A stretch of 64,000 nt of DNA from Anthoceros angustus (lineage: Eukaryota; Plantae; Anthocerotophyta). Below, piece by piece: positions 51,881-64,000 of this stretch (position 1 is its first letter; each line of letters opens with the position of its first letter). The DNA lies in the NCBI GenBank assembly GCA_010909165.1, contig VJWM01000209.1, positions 62,001 through 126,000 of the forward strand, written 5' to 3'. A program made the position numbers and the translations under genes. The notes under the pieces were generated by a model that had not been told where the DNA came from, did no database searches, and saw nothing but the letters and a program-made list of their open reading frames with translations.

Positions 51881-54800
51881 GTACTACTTCATTGTTGATC
51901 GCAGCTCCGCCTTATTCGATGTGGCGGTCTTGCGCGTGACCCTCCGGCGTCCACTGGCCATCTGCCATGCCTTGGATTGTCCTTTCCGGACATGCTCTCT
52001 TGCCAACGCTAGTGAAAGCATGGGAGTGTTCTTGATATACATACATCCCCTTACTTGCCATTCGTCGCACTTCTTCCCTCATCGTTCTTGGGTTTCTTCC
52101 CATATCTCGCTTGTCGCGATTTACGCCACACATCTTGTGAGTGCCATCATGGCCCACGCTCATCACGTCGGCGCATGTCCGGTATCCGGCCACATCGTGA
52201 AATCTCCCTCTTGCCATCGCGGCTGTAAGCGCTCACGGGTGTAATGGGTCCACCCCCATCGCCGGACCATGAGTGGCATCGGCAAGCAACACGTCGTAGT
52301 TTACGGCATCGGACACCAAGCATCGTGCCGATGGCGGTGGAATCTTGATCGGGTTTGAGCTCAATCCGTATTGGATCGCGGGTTATGCCCATCACTGCTC
52401 CTTAGTCCTGCGGAGGTGGTGATGCGCACCTCGCATGGCTTTAGCTTACTTCCATACGGTGGCGCTGCTGCCCCGGTAACACCGGATCCGCGGTGTCCAC
52501 TGCGTCAGTGCGAAACCATTAACGGTGATTTCCGGTTACGGTTGTTCACCATGGATGCCTCCTTTGCCTCGCTGTTGGTTTCGGATGCTCTCCTCGTAAA
52601 CTAGCGGTCCGGGCACCACGCCTCCTTCGAGACTCCTTCCTTATCAAGCTTGCATAACTTGCTTGAAAGGTTGTGCTCTTACTCCCGGATCGCAGCTCAC
52701 CATGGGTGCATCCATTGCCCGTTCAAGGAGGATTTCGCACTTGACGCCTTCTTAGCTTGCGGCGACACTCCTTCGTTCTCCTCACTCTGCACGAAGGACT
52801 TGGGCATCTTGAGTTGGTTTCTTTCCTCGACTTCTTTCTTTGAGAATTCCCCAAGCTCATGCGTCCAGCGCCCTTGGGGCCATCAATGCGTATACTTAGT
52901 GTCCGAGTCGTATTCTTGGCCAGGCGCACTTCCCTTAGATTCGGATCACCTCGGCCATCTCTACGCTGCGTTGCAACCGCCTCGGAAAAAGTGACACTCC
53001 CATCCTGCGATTAGCACGTCCACAGGACACGATTGCCTCAAGCGCCGTTTCCCCACCAACTAACATGATGTCCGGGGCAATGCTTTGACAACCCTTGATT
53101 GCTTCAACGCTCAGCAATTCAGGATACTTTCTTTGCAACGACAATTCTTGCTTTGGCCACGCGCGTGTCTTCTCATCCGACTCGGCGCGTGTATTTCTTT
53201 ACCCGCAAGCCACTTTTCAACACGGCTTCCGGCCATGGCGATGCCGCATAGCTCCATGAGGTGGATCCCACGGACGTCCGCTTGTACTACTTCATTGTTG
53301 ATCGCGGCTCCGCCTTATTCGATGTGGCGGTCTTTGCGCGTGACCCTCCCACGCCATCCGCCATGCCTTGGATTGTCCTTTCGAACATGCTCTTGCCAAC
53401 GCTAGAGCATGGGAGTGTTCTTGATATATACATCCCTTACTTGCCTTCGTCTGCACTTCTTCCCTCATCGTTCTTGGGTTTCTTCCCATATCTCGCTCGC
53501 GCAGCCGCCATTACGCCGTGAGTGCCATCATGGCCCCACTGCTCATCACGTCGTCGCATGTCCAGCGGTATCCTGGCCACATGCGTAAAATCTCCCTCTT
53601 GCCATCGCGGCCTGTAAAACGCTACTGAGTGTAACGGGTCCACCCCCATCGCCGGACCATGAGTGGCATCCGCACCGAGCAACACGTCGTAGTTTCTGGC
53701 ATCAGACACCAAGCATCGTGCCGATGGCGGTGGAATCTTGATCGGGTTTGAGCTCAATCCGATTGGATCGCGGGTTATGCCCATCACTGCTCCTTAGTCC
53801 CTGCGGAGGTGGTGATGCGCACCTCGCATGGCTTTAGCTTACTTCCATACAAAGCGCTGCACTGCTGTAACACACCGGATCCGCGCCGGTGTCAACTAAC
53901 ACGCATTCGGTGCGAAACCATTAACGGTGATTTCCCGGTTCTGGTTGTTCACCATCGCGATGCCTCCTTTGCCTCGCGCTGTTGGTTTCAGATGCTCTCC
54001 TCGTAAACTAGCCACCTGTGCACCACGCCTTCCGAGACTCCTTCCTTATCCAAGCTTGCATAACTTGCTTGAAAGGTTGTGCTCTTACTCCCAGATCTCG
54101 CAGGCTCACCATGGGTGCATCCATTGCCCGTTCAAGGAGGATTTCGGCACTTGACGCCTTCTTAGCTTGCGACGACACTCCTTCGTTCTCCTCACTCTGC
54201 CTGAAGGACTTGGGCATCTTGAGTTGGTTTCTTTCCTCGGACTTCTTTCTTTGAAGAATTCCCCAAGCTCAAGCCGGCCCGCCGCCTTGGGGCCATCAAT
54301 GCGTATACTTAGTGTCCGAGTCGATTTTCGACGGGCGACTCACTCTAGTCGCACTCATGCCAATTGCCAACTGTTCTTGCAGCCTGTGTACTTCGCTAAG
54401 CAAGGCTTTCCGGGTGTACCCTACTGTCTGCCTAGCTTTATCGGCGACCCGCTCACCAGACGCCCTAGGCTTAAACTCGGGGTGGGCCTGCCAGCACGCT
54501 GCCTCCGTGTGTCCTGTCTTGGCACAAGCTCTGCACGCCTCCTTTTCCTTAGCTCCACCGGGTCGATATTCGCACTCGTAAGCTTTGTGCGGCCCCCTGC
54601 AGCGCAGGCACTTCACCGTTGCCTTGGTGGTGGCTGCACTGTTGACTGCGCTCTCCTTAGCGGGTGAACTCCTCTGCATAGCGTTTGCCTGCGTCGTCTC
54701 CCGAGGCATATTTCTTCCTTGAAACCGGTGCGTGTTCGAGGCAGGTTGATGCGTCCTGACCAGGTTATGTTCTTCCCAGTACGCGCTGGTCACAGCATCA

Positions 54801-56857
54801 CCTTTCATGACCCTTTCTGCCATCTCGTAGGCTGCTCCAACTCATAATCAGCACCGTGCATCATGTGAAGGAAATTGGCAATCACTCTCCTTTACTGCCG
54901 GGCGGCTATGTATATTTGGGCGGCTTCCCGCATCGTCTTCACCCGTGTGTCCTTCACCAGTTGCCTTAGCCTCAGATAGGCGGACCTGAGAGGTTCATTG
55001 GGCTTGATGACGAACTTTGATAGTTCTTGGATCTTTTCTATGGAGGACACCGGAAACATCTCCCCAAACTTGGCAAACATTTCATCCACCAAATACGTGA
55101 TTGCATCACCTTGCAGGGAGCTTGACGCCTCTTCCTCTTCGCTTCCCTTTGACGCCTTCTTGGCCCTTCTCGCCCTCGCCAAAGTACGGGCATCCTGCAA
55201 AATTTGGTCCTTACAGTCCCTGTAACAAGTCAGCGCTTCTCCTGCTAGAAAAGTGCTCATTTTTCTCAGTGCCATCTCGGGTGTGAACTCAGACTTGTAT
55301 TTGAGCACCATCTCATCGATTGCCACACGAACTTCTCTTCAAAGTCGGCAAGAGACATGCTACGTCTTGCCGGTGAACACATCGTTTTCTTGGCCAGGCT
55401 CGTACTCCATTCTTGCTTATGACACTTTCTTCAAATGCGATGGGGCGAATGGGACTTTGACTCCACTCGAATCGACCTCCTAATCGGTAGGCGATGGATC
55501 TTGAATGGCGGATGAGCTTCTTGGATGGGTGTATTCTCGTTTGTCCACCGGGCGCAAGAACACCATCACCCTCTCACTCTCTTCCCTGCGAGAGACTATA
55601 TGCGGCATTCCATCAAAGTGAGTGTTGGTGCCTCCTTGATCCGATCCGCTAGAGGCCGACTTGTCAATCACTTGTCCCACAATCTGCACTTGCAGTGCGG
55701 GTTCTAGTTCCGCCAAGGCGGCTAGGTGAAGAATGGACCGACCCGCATAAAACAGCATGGAATAATCTATAGCATTCTCAGCAATCTCCACCATTGACTT
55801 ATCTCGAGTGGGTCACGGTTCTTCCGTCGGCGTTCCGCCTGGATGCTCCGCCGCTCTTTCACGCGCACCACTGCCAGGCTGAGCTTTGTAAAGGGATTGC
55901 TGATGTGCAAAATGGGAGTCGTCCTTGTCTAGGCACAAACCCGTCACTGTCCCTTTACCAAAGCTTCCGCACGGAAGAACCCCTTGGGATCCGTATGGCT
56001 GCTCAATCGAACAAACATCAGCAATCCGGTTTTTCTACGTGACCTATGCCCCCTTTTATCTACCTACGCACTCGGCGTTCTTGCTGAATCGCGGCGCCCG
56101 CGCCAGGCGCGGCTCAATCGAAATCGTGCCATATTGCCGCTGCGGTCGTTTGGGCAATAATGCGCCGTGACTCCACGATCGATTCGTTCCCTTGATGCCC
56201 GCCTTCACACACCATTCACACATACACCACATATCGCACATGACATACATGCTCACGAGACACATACCATGCCGACCATGCGCATGGTGCACATACGATG
56301 TTTGGACATCGTCGCACGCACCGCAGCGTGTCATGACATATGCAAGCTCAGCGTACATAAAGCGCAACCGCTATTAAGCGGCGATGCGATTCTTGCTCTG
56401 ACAAGGCGATCTACACATGGCGAAAGGAAAGGAAAGGATGTCGATCGCCATTGCGGTAGTTGAAGGTTGAGGCTGGGCGTTAGGCTGCGATCCCAAGCAC
56501 ACCGCTTACGTCCAAGATGCAGATACCGCTTGCGTCCGGTCAAATGGCAAGTCATGCTTCTGCAACGGCCATGCCCGCGACTACTGTTGCGGAGGCATGC
56601 TTCTGTAACTACTGCATGCGTGATGCAGGCTTCTAAGAGCAGTTGAAGGAAGGACTTACGCTTGTAGGAGTTCTTGTGGTGGGACCACAGCTTCACCCTG
56701 TTGTAGCAGTGTCATTGTTGTGACCTAGGTGAAAACGGCAACGATTAATCCGATGCCATAAACGTCGGATCAAAGACAAGGCGCCGATCACTTGCTAGCT
56801 TCGGGTGATGCGCATTAGCCCGACTTTGAAGGAAACAACCAAGGTAATAAGGTCAGT

Positions 56858-57352
56858 TTGTCTACCTGTAGCCCTGCTAATGTGTCTGAGGACCTCTTTT
56901 GGCGCTGGAACTTGAAGGGTCTTTTTGCAGCGCTGGGTATGAGTTTCTACAGCGACATACCACTTGTGAGAAAGGCAGTTCTCAATGGCAAACTCACAGC
57001 AGCGATTATAGCTCATGCACTAGCAATGGTTGGAAACAAGAGCCCACAAGATAGCTGGGTGTGGGCGAAAGGACTTCAACAAAGTAAGGAGAGCCGACAC
57101 TACCTTAGTGGGCTTGACGTCGTACCTACGAAGGACGCCAAAAAGAGACTTCTTGTTGTCTTATGGGCGGTGGCAGGAGCTAAGCGTAAGCTGGATGCCA
57201 CGGGTATGAGCTGCAAAAAGAGACGTGATCAGATTGTGGCAGAGATCAGAGAGTGCAAATTGGTGTACCCACCTAGGGACTGGAATCAAGAAACTGGACT
57301 GAAAAGAAGCGCATCAAACGACTGGTACGTGTGGTGGGCAGTACCGAGATGA
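56858..57352 (+). CDS. Uninterrupted 164-codon ORF of unknown function
   Basis: Open frame with Trp- and hydrophobic-rich, protein-like composition in a region where known genes are frameshifted every few hundred bases. No motif was recognised. Confidence 0.35.
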   Translation: MSTCSPANVSEDLFWRWNLKGLFAALGMSFYSDIPLVRKAVLNGKLTAAIIAHALAMVGNKSPQDSWVWAKGLQQSKESRHYLSGLDVVPTKDAKKRLLVVLWAVAGAKRKLDATGMSCKKRRDQIVAEIRECKLVYPPRDWNQETGLKRSASNDWYVWWAVPR

Positions 57353-57599
57353 AGGGAACGTGGAGCCGATTGCGTCGTCAGACCTTCCCCGAGGACAGCA
57401 GCCAAACTTGGAGCAAAAGGCACTCTGTCGAACCACTGATCGTAACCCAGAGCACCGACCGCCACATCCTACGCGAGCAGCCTGGCGGCGTGTTGGGCAG
57501 AAGTGAACTAAAACCCTAGGTGTGCTGCTTAAGTACTGAAAACTGAAACTTCTAGATGGTTCGACGGTGGGCTGTGCGTGGCAGCCTGTGGTTGAACGG

Positions 57600-57787
57600 T
57601 AGGTTCGGGTTACGCCCCGCTGCATCGGGGTTCGGAGATTAGGTTTGGTGCGGTTAGGCTAGGTTTGGAATCAAGAACCTAGGTTTGGTTGAACAGTAGG
57701 TTCGATTCGCCCGTGCATCGAGTTGGAGATTAGGTTTGGTGCGGTTAGGCTAGGTTTGGAATCAAGAACCTAGGTTTGGTTGAACAG
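57600..57787. repeat. About 92-bp tandem duplication rich in TAGGTTTGG, followed by a telo-box-like TTTAGGGTTT (about 57910) and a TATA-like CCTATATAAA (about 57925)
   Basis: Two copies of GGAGATTAGGTTTGGTGCGGTTAGGCTAGGTTTGGAATCAAGAACCTAGGTTTGGTTGAACAG. A promoter role is unproven. Confidence 0.6.
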
Positions 57788-59229
57788 AGCGGCGGCGGCA
57801 GCGAATGGCGAACCTACGTAGGTTTGGAATCCGGCTCGGAATCTTAGGTTCGGTTAATTCAAATCAGCTTTGGTAGAGAGAGAACGGCGGCGCCGCCAGA
57901 GGGAGAGTGTTTAGGGTTTGCTGGCCTATATAAATGGCTTCTCCAAAGCGGAGGTCTTTTTGCATTCCGTGTTTTGGAGGCCGAGGCTCAGTGTCTGTCA
58001 AACCCCTCGAGCGTTTGTTCGATCTTTAGTTTTGGCCAAGGTCTTCCTTCTGCATTTGAAGGCCAAGGCACAGTGTCTGTGTTCGTAGGGCCATGGCCTA
58101 TGCCTTGTGCATGCTTCCAGGCTTTGCTCCGAAGGCCATGAGTTGTCTAGTTCTAGTTTCGCAGGCCAAAGTGATTGGCTTCGGTCCGGTCACAGCGCAT
58201 GTAGCCTTCTTTGAAGGCCAAGGTGTTCTAAACCGGGCTTCTAGGCTTTGTATAAGTTTTCGGTGTCCAAGCCGAGTCCTTCAAAGGCTAAGGCCCTTTC
58301 GATATCGTTCAAAGGCCAAGGTCTCTGTATATTGTTTGAAGGCCAAGGTGTTGGTCCGTTGGTTCTTTCGAAGGCCAAGGGTTTTGCCTCGTCCGCGTCA
58401 CGGTGTCTCGCCATCGTTGTCATGGGAAACAGAGGCACCTAAGACTCTATGATTTGATACGATTAGAGCATCACAGGCATAAGCCACGATCTTTGAAATG
58501 ACTAGATATCGATGGAGCATCTCGGGCATAAGCCACGATCTTTGAAGTGTGATGATGTCATGTACATGGCCCATGGATGGCCCGCACATGACATGTATGC
58601 CATGTATGCATGTGTGCCATGTATGCATACGTATGGAGATGAAGGATGACATGTGATGTATGTGGACATGTGGTGTGATGTGGACATGTGGCGGTGATGT
58701 GTCATGGCGCATGCAATCTATATGCATGGTTGTGTATGCGGCGGTGCTATGACGCATATATAGATAGCGGATTTATATTAGAAAATACATAAAATCATAA
58801 ATCAAGGAAAAGGACGAATAGGCTGTTAAACACATAAAATATTATTATTTGAAGGCCAAGGAAAGTAGGATTATAAAGTGCCCACCATCGATATGGGTGG
58901 ACACTTCATCGAGAACTCGGGGTTTTGCCTATATATGTAGGCACCACCATGGATTCTTGGATTGTTGATGTTTGTCTTGTTCTAATAGACAGCCATACTT
59001 CGTCCCTCGTGTCTTTGTCTCCTAGAGGTTCTTGTGGTTCGTTGCACCAGTTGGGAGAATTTTCCATCTTGATTTCACCACATCAACAATCCTCTTGTTG
59101 GGGACTAAGATCTGATCTTGGAGGAGGCGTGGCCGGAGATTGGAGGAAGAGGCGGAAGTCGTCCACCATCCAACCCAGGCAGTGCGATCCGAGAAGGTTG
59201 AGTGTTGCGAGGCGGCACTAAGAGATAGA

Positions 59230-62200
59230 TAGATGTTTTTCGATGGACAGAATTCTGCCATTGATTATACACAGCTTAGGTGTGGTAGTCTCACGATTCG
59301 AGTTAGCGAATTATGCGGAGAAGAGCCTGCATACGTCTGGAGCCGTTTGTGGATAGAGGCAGTGGATGTACTTTTCTGGCTAGCTGGTTGGGCTAACGGT
59401 GGAAACAATTTGCCCTTTGACAACATCCGCAAAGTCGTGCATAGGAGAAGTAACCATTGATGGTGTTCACGAGATCGGGGTGGGTGGCGAAAGGACACCG
59501 CGCTGCCTTCACGGAGAAGTGCACGACGCCTACTACTCGCCATTCAAGAGGACAGGAACAATACGAGACAACGCCATACAAGGAGACAACACGATTGGAG
59601 CGGAGAGTCTGCAAGAATGGAGCTTGAGTTCACACCAAGTAAGAACGATGTCTTCACAGAAAACATGGAAGCATGTCTCTTGCGATTTCGAGGAGAAGTT
59701 TCGTTGGGCAATGGCGGAAAACAAGATGAAATACAAGGACGAGTTCACTCGGAGGATGGCGTTCATGAAGATGTCATCCTACCTTGCGGTGAGGCTCTAA
59801 TGTATTACGAGATGAGAAGGTGATCCCAAGGTGGCCGAGAGAAGAGAAGGCAAGGCAAGAAGAGGGCTGGTTCGACCGCACTTCATCGACGAGGACAAGC
59901 TCGAGCATCCGTGGACTTGATGTTCGCCAAGTTAACCACCATGTTTCCTGCTACCGTGAAAAGATCCGAGGCTCGAGGTTTTCTTCAGCCTAACGAGACA
60001 TTGCGTGCATCTTACCTCAGTTGAAGGTTACGGTGGAAGACACGGATGTCAAGGCGATGAGGGAGGCTGAGATCTTCATGGCGCATTGCCTGCATAGAAG
60101 GAAGGTGATGGACTCACGCATGGAGCGATGGGAGAGAGATATCGGTTGATAGACGCCCTCAAATTCTTGAGAAGGTGCTCAAAGGAGATGCGAAGCCGCT
60201 TACTTGGAGGATCACGAGTCGTGAAGGGCCCTTCGCAAAGACGGGTCCGGAGGACACGGAATTCGAGTTTGTTCCAAGGTACCAAGACGGAGCAAGCACG
60301 ATCCTCGGGACATGGCAAGACCACATGTGCCGAAGGAGAGGCTAACAATGCAGTCAAGCGGTGTGAAGTGTGGCGAGCATCGATGCGGAGCGCATATGCT
60401 CAATGCGACTACAAGCCAGGTGGTCCGAAGGGCAAGGAAGCCTGTAAGTCTTGTGGCAGATGGGGTCATATGGAAGCAGCGTGTTGGGAAGCTCATCCAG
60501 AGCTGAAGCCCAAGCTTGCATCAGCCGAGAAGGAGAAGGGCAAGGGCCCAAGCAGAGGATTTTGTTCTCTGACTCCGATGATGATGAGGCGTTTGGCATG
60601 ATGGCGGTGCGCAAGAAAAAGAAAAAGGCTGTTGCTGACTTTGGTGAAGGCGTCACTGCGAAGGGAGTGCGAACGAATCGACCAAGATGCCGAGAGTTTC
60701 CGCAGTCGAGAAAACTCCACGGCTACGTATGGTGTCAAGATCGGTCGAGACGTTGAGGCGTTGCCGACAAGGCCATGGAGGTGCTGCAGAAGTCTTGTGG
60801 ATCGTACAGGAGTCAACATGGCAAAACAGTGAAGGGCAACAACTTCAAAAACATCATGCGAGAATGGCTGAGAAAGGAGCTTGAATCCGGGATCTCTTCC
60901 TAGTATGGCGGTTGTGTGGCGAGCATCCGATGCGGAGGAGCGAGGTGAAGGAGGTGTTGCCATGATTGATTGATAACACGGACGGCACGTGACCTTTGAT
61001 GGCTATGCTCCAAAGAACGCATTGTAGACACGAGCGGATCCGATCTTCTTGGGAGCACGGTGCAAAAGGCACTAAAGTCACGGACACAAGCTCGCCCGAG
61101 CGTGAACATCACCACCGCAGTACCAAGGCAGTCGGGAATGACGAGGAGGCCCGTGAAGATTGAATTGAAGCTGGCACGAAGGATGCCAAGATCGTTGAAG
61201 TGAGATGTTTGGTCAAGGCAAAGACATATGATGTCTTGCCGGGGTCGGACGGAACTCACCGTCCCCGCCATGGGGTTGATCCCTTGCACTGAAGCTTTCT
61301 GCACTATTCTCGTGGAGAGGAGATTTCACGCATGTTGCACGAATTCTAAGGATGAATAGGAGTGGTGGCAAGAGCGGACGAGGATGACGGCGCCATGATT
61401 GCCCAGTGCTCAGTGAGCATCGACATGAGATGTGGGAGGAAACGCAGAGTTATCCTCTCGGAGATGCCGGGCCAAGAGAGCGTAAGGGTGTGCTTAAGGT
61501 TGTGCCGTAATATTTGGATCAAGCGAGGGTTCGAGAGAACCGGTGAAGGAAGGAGGATCGACCGTGGAATCTCACGGACACATGTCCCGAGAGGTCGATC
61601 CGGTATGAGGCCTCGCCAAGTCGGAGATCGACGATCGACGATGCTCTAGTACGATGGAAGGTGGGTCAAGGCATCCATTTGTTGGAGCTCGCCGGAATCG
61701 CAGCGGGCCCGGAAGCGTTGCAGCGAAGGCCAAGATCAATATACTGCGTGGAAAAGGATGAGAAGATTCGAGCCGCTAGGGTCGAATCTCGTGTTCGCAA
61801 GCGATCCAACACTCATCGAGCGAGGAAGCGCTCGAGGTCCAGAGCTGCCCACGACGTGAACTGGTTGGGAAGCGGCTAGAAGCCTTGTCAAGCCCGGTGG
61901 ATATGCCGATCGCGGGATGGGAATGCAAGACATTTTCGACGCAGTGAGGCAAAGGTGAAGGCGTTTTGTTGGCGAGCTCGCATTTAATCACGCGAGAAGT
62001 CCAGATTGCGAATCCACAATGTTGGTACATTTGGAGAATGTGTGCGACCATGGACAAGCGTCCGTTAGGGCCACATGAAGAGATTCGGCGTGGTTCGGCA
62101 ATGAGTTGATCATGGGCGCGCGTACGGCTCATATGCAGCCGGCTTAGCGATTCTTGGACAAATGTGGCTGGACCGGAGGTGCCTGACAGAATTTGACAAC

Positions 62201-62315
62201 TCAAGCGGAAGGTTGTGGATGATATCCTAGAGTTGGGAAGGTGCTCACAACAGTGAAGAGGATGGACAAGTTGCCATTTACCACCGTGAATCGAGTAGGG
62301 GAAGCCGGAAGGCGT
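59230..62315 (+). mobile_element. Second, diverged gypsy element: gag - protease - DNMT3-like domain, truncated before RT
   Basis: The gag is homologous to the minus-strand element (NSAIDY, MKYKDEFT..KMSSYLA, CKSCGRWGHMEAAC). Protease IVDTSGS (about 61021-61045). Methyltransferase GIHLLEL(.)GIAAG (61670-61710), VDM.IAGWECKTFS (61897-61940), WYI.ENVC (about 62022-62045) and GSYA..R..FWTN (62125-62165). Confidence 0.82.
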
Positions 62316-64000
62316 AAAGTGGCCTCTGCCCGGGCCTCGGCCTTATTGGTTTTCGGGGGTTGAAGGTAGATTCTAGAGAATTGATCTTTTGGTCATTTTT
62401 ACTCAATATAGTAAATTTCATTACAATCGAGTAAAAACCATGCCATATGGGGTAAAAAGAATCCACCTCCAATGTTACAAACAGAGCAGTAGGGTAAAAA
62501 AATGACCACCAAGTGAACATCAGGTACTCTAGTGGAAGCTCTTTCTAGAAATCCCACCAAAATCGCTAATCTGGCAAAAACATTTTCTGTTAAGTAATAT
62601 TCATGCGGATCCAGGATTCATGCACTTACAACAAAGCTTTCCAAACAACCTCCCAGTAGTCCGTTACGTCTTCCAACGTAAGGCACTTCCTGAAACGGTA
62701 AGACCGAGAATCAAACTATGCACAAACACGAAAGCAAGACCGAGAATCAAACTATGCACAACGGATAACAACACGAACAATGCATTTGTAACACAAAAGC
62801 AAGGTCAAAAATTTAAAAGCGTTAAGCGCACTGGCGTCTCCCAATGCATCACGTCACCACATACGGCGCTTCACGAGCGAACAAGGCGGCGTTAGACTAC
62901 AAAAAGTAGGCATCGAGAGAACACCATGCACGGTGAAACAAAAGCGAGAGAAAGTCACGAGACAACACATAGTCACGAGACAACGAACATATCTTGAGCA
63001 CGAGGTAAACAAACCATGCGATCGCAAACTCGGGCGTCAATGGACTTCTTGCAACAAAACTAAGCCGAACTGAACACACTAACCGCGGCATAGAGCATGA
63101 AGCGAGCGACATATATAAAAAGCGGCAGCAAAGGACCGAGACAACCGCGACAAGCAAGCGTGGCGGAAGTCTGGCCTGAGAGGGGCCGCAAGCGCCAACA
63201 ACAATCGAGGCGAAAACAAGCGCGTCACAAAGCGGAGACCAGCCAAAAGACCACATCGGACAAAGTGCAAGCGGAAGCACGATCTTGGCCTTTACAAGAA
63301 CACCAGATATGTCGCAAGACACATGCGGGACACTACAAAACTAGGAGGACAAGAACACATGCAGCGCAATTACAAAATGAGAAGGAACCCAAAGCGCCGC
63401 ACAAAACAACACGGAAAAGACCGGCCTTCAAGCTCGGAACCTTGGCCTTGGCGAACCTATAACGTTCGAAATGAAAAGCGTTGAGCGAAATACAAAATGG
63501 CCTTTGGAAGGACCGAGATAGAAGCCAATACAAGCAAACGTGACAAGGAAATGCAGTGCCGCACACAAAGGCAACGCATCAACAACAATCAAAGGCGGTA
63601 GAAAACAAGCGCACAACACGAGAGCAGACAAAAGCGACATCAAACAAAGGTGCAAGCGTAGCGGATCTTAGCCTTTAACCTCCGAAACTTAGCCGTGGAA
63701 ACCAAGCAACCTTGGCCGGGAAGAGGCGGATGGCCTCTTGGATGAAAAGCGAATCGCCACGAACAACAACTACTAAACTAGACCGGACCTTGGCCTTGGA
63801 CATACCTATCCACCGCAATAAGCACGCAAACCAAGATGATCTTGGCCGGACATACCTATCCCTGCAATAAGGACACAAACCAAGATGACCTTGGCCTTCG
63901 GACGTGCAATATACGAAGAAAAACGAAGCAAACACAGGAAGACCTCGGGCTTCGGACGTTCAAAACTAAGACAAAGAACAAACCAAAAGACACAGGAACC

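Noticed and set aside
54290-54900. Programmed gag-pol frameshift or readthrough site
   Set aside because: It cannot be distinguished from the background indel rate.
55850-55875. Primer-binding site TGGTGCGCGTG on the minus strand
   Set aside because: It is not adjacent to a defined LTR end and I cannot match it to a specific tRNA without a search.
57600-57920. Telomere or interstitial telomeric array
   Set aside because: The motifs are TAGGTTTGG variants inside a 92-bp duplication, with only one TTTAGGG and no tandem run.

Overview
Eukaryotic nuclear DNA, inferred to be from a non-seed land plant (plant-type diterpene synthase, CYP85-clan P450, ABCG11-like and BAHD fragments, short GT-AG introns). 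The sequence is rich in 1-bp indels. Duplicated copies are frameshifted at different places, so most frameshifts look like long-read errors and gene intactness cannot be settled from this text. Left half (1-36.7 kb): a roughly 20-22 kb unit is present twice in tandem (position 1 matches 19632; homology ends at 14422/36739). Each unit carries a truncated Ty1/copia remnant, an 8-exon CYP85-clan P450 and a three-domain diterpene synthase in the same orientation, followed by a decayed RbgA/YlqF-type GTPase gene. Unit A continues into ABCG11-like and BAHD acyltransferase fragments. Right half (36.7-64 kb): nested transposons dominated by one Ty3/gypsy lineage (RT signature KTAFWG...CYIDD). One near-complete minus-strand copy encodes gag - protease - DNMT3-like cytosine methyltransferase - RT - RNase H - integrase - PHD finger. 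A second, diverged plus-strand copy also has the methyltransferase after the protease. The two headline observations are (1) methyltransferase- and PHD-carrying gypsy elements and (2) a duplicated P450/diterpene synthase pair with non-canonical active-site motifs. Microhomology-bounded tandem duplications occur throughout the window and need read-level validation. Coordinates of multi-exon or frameshifted features are approximate.
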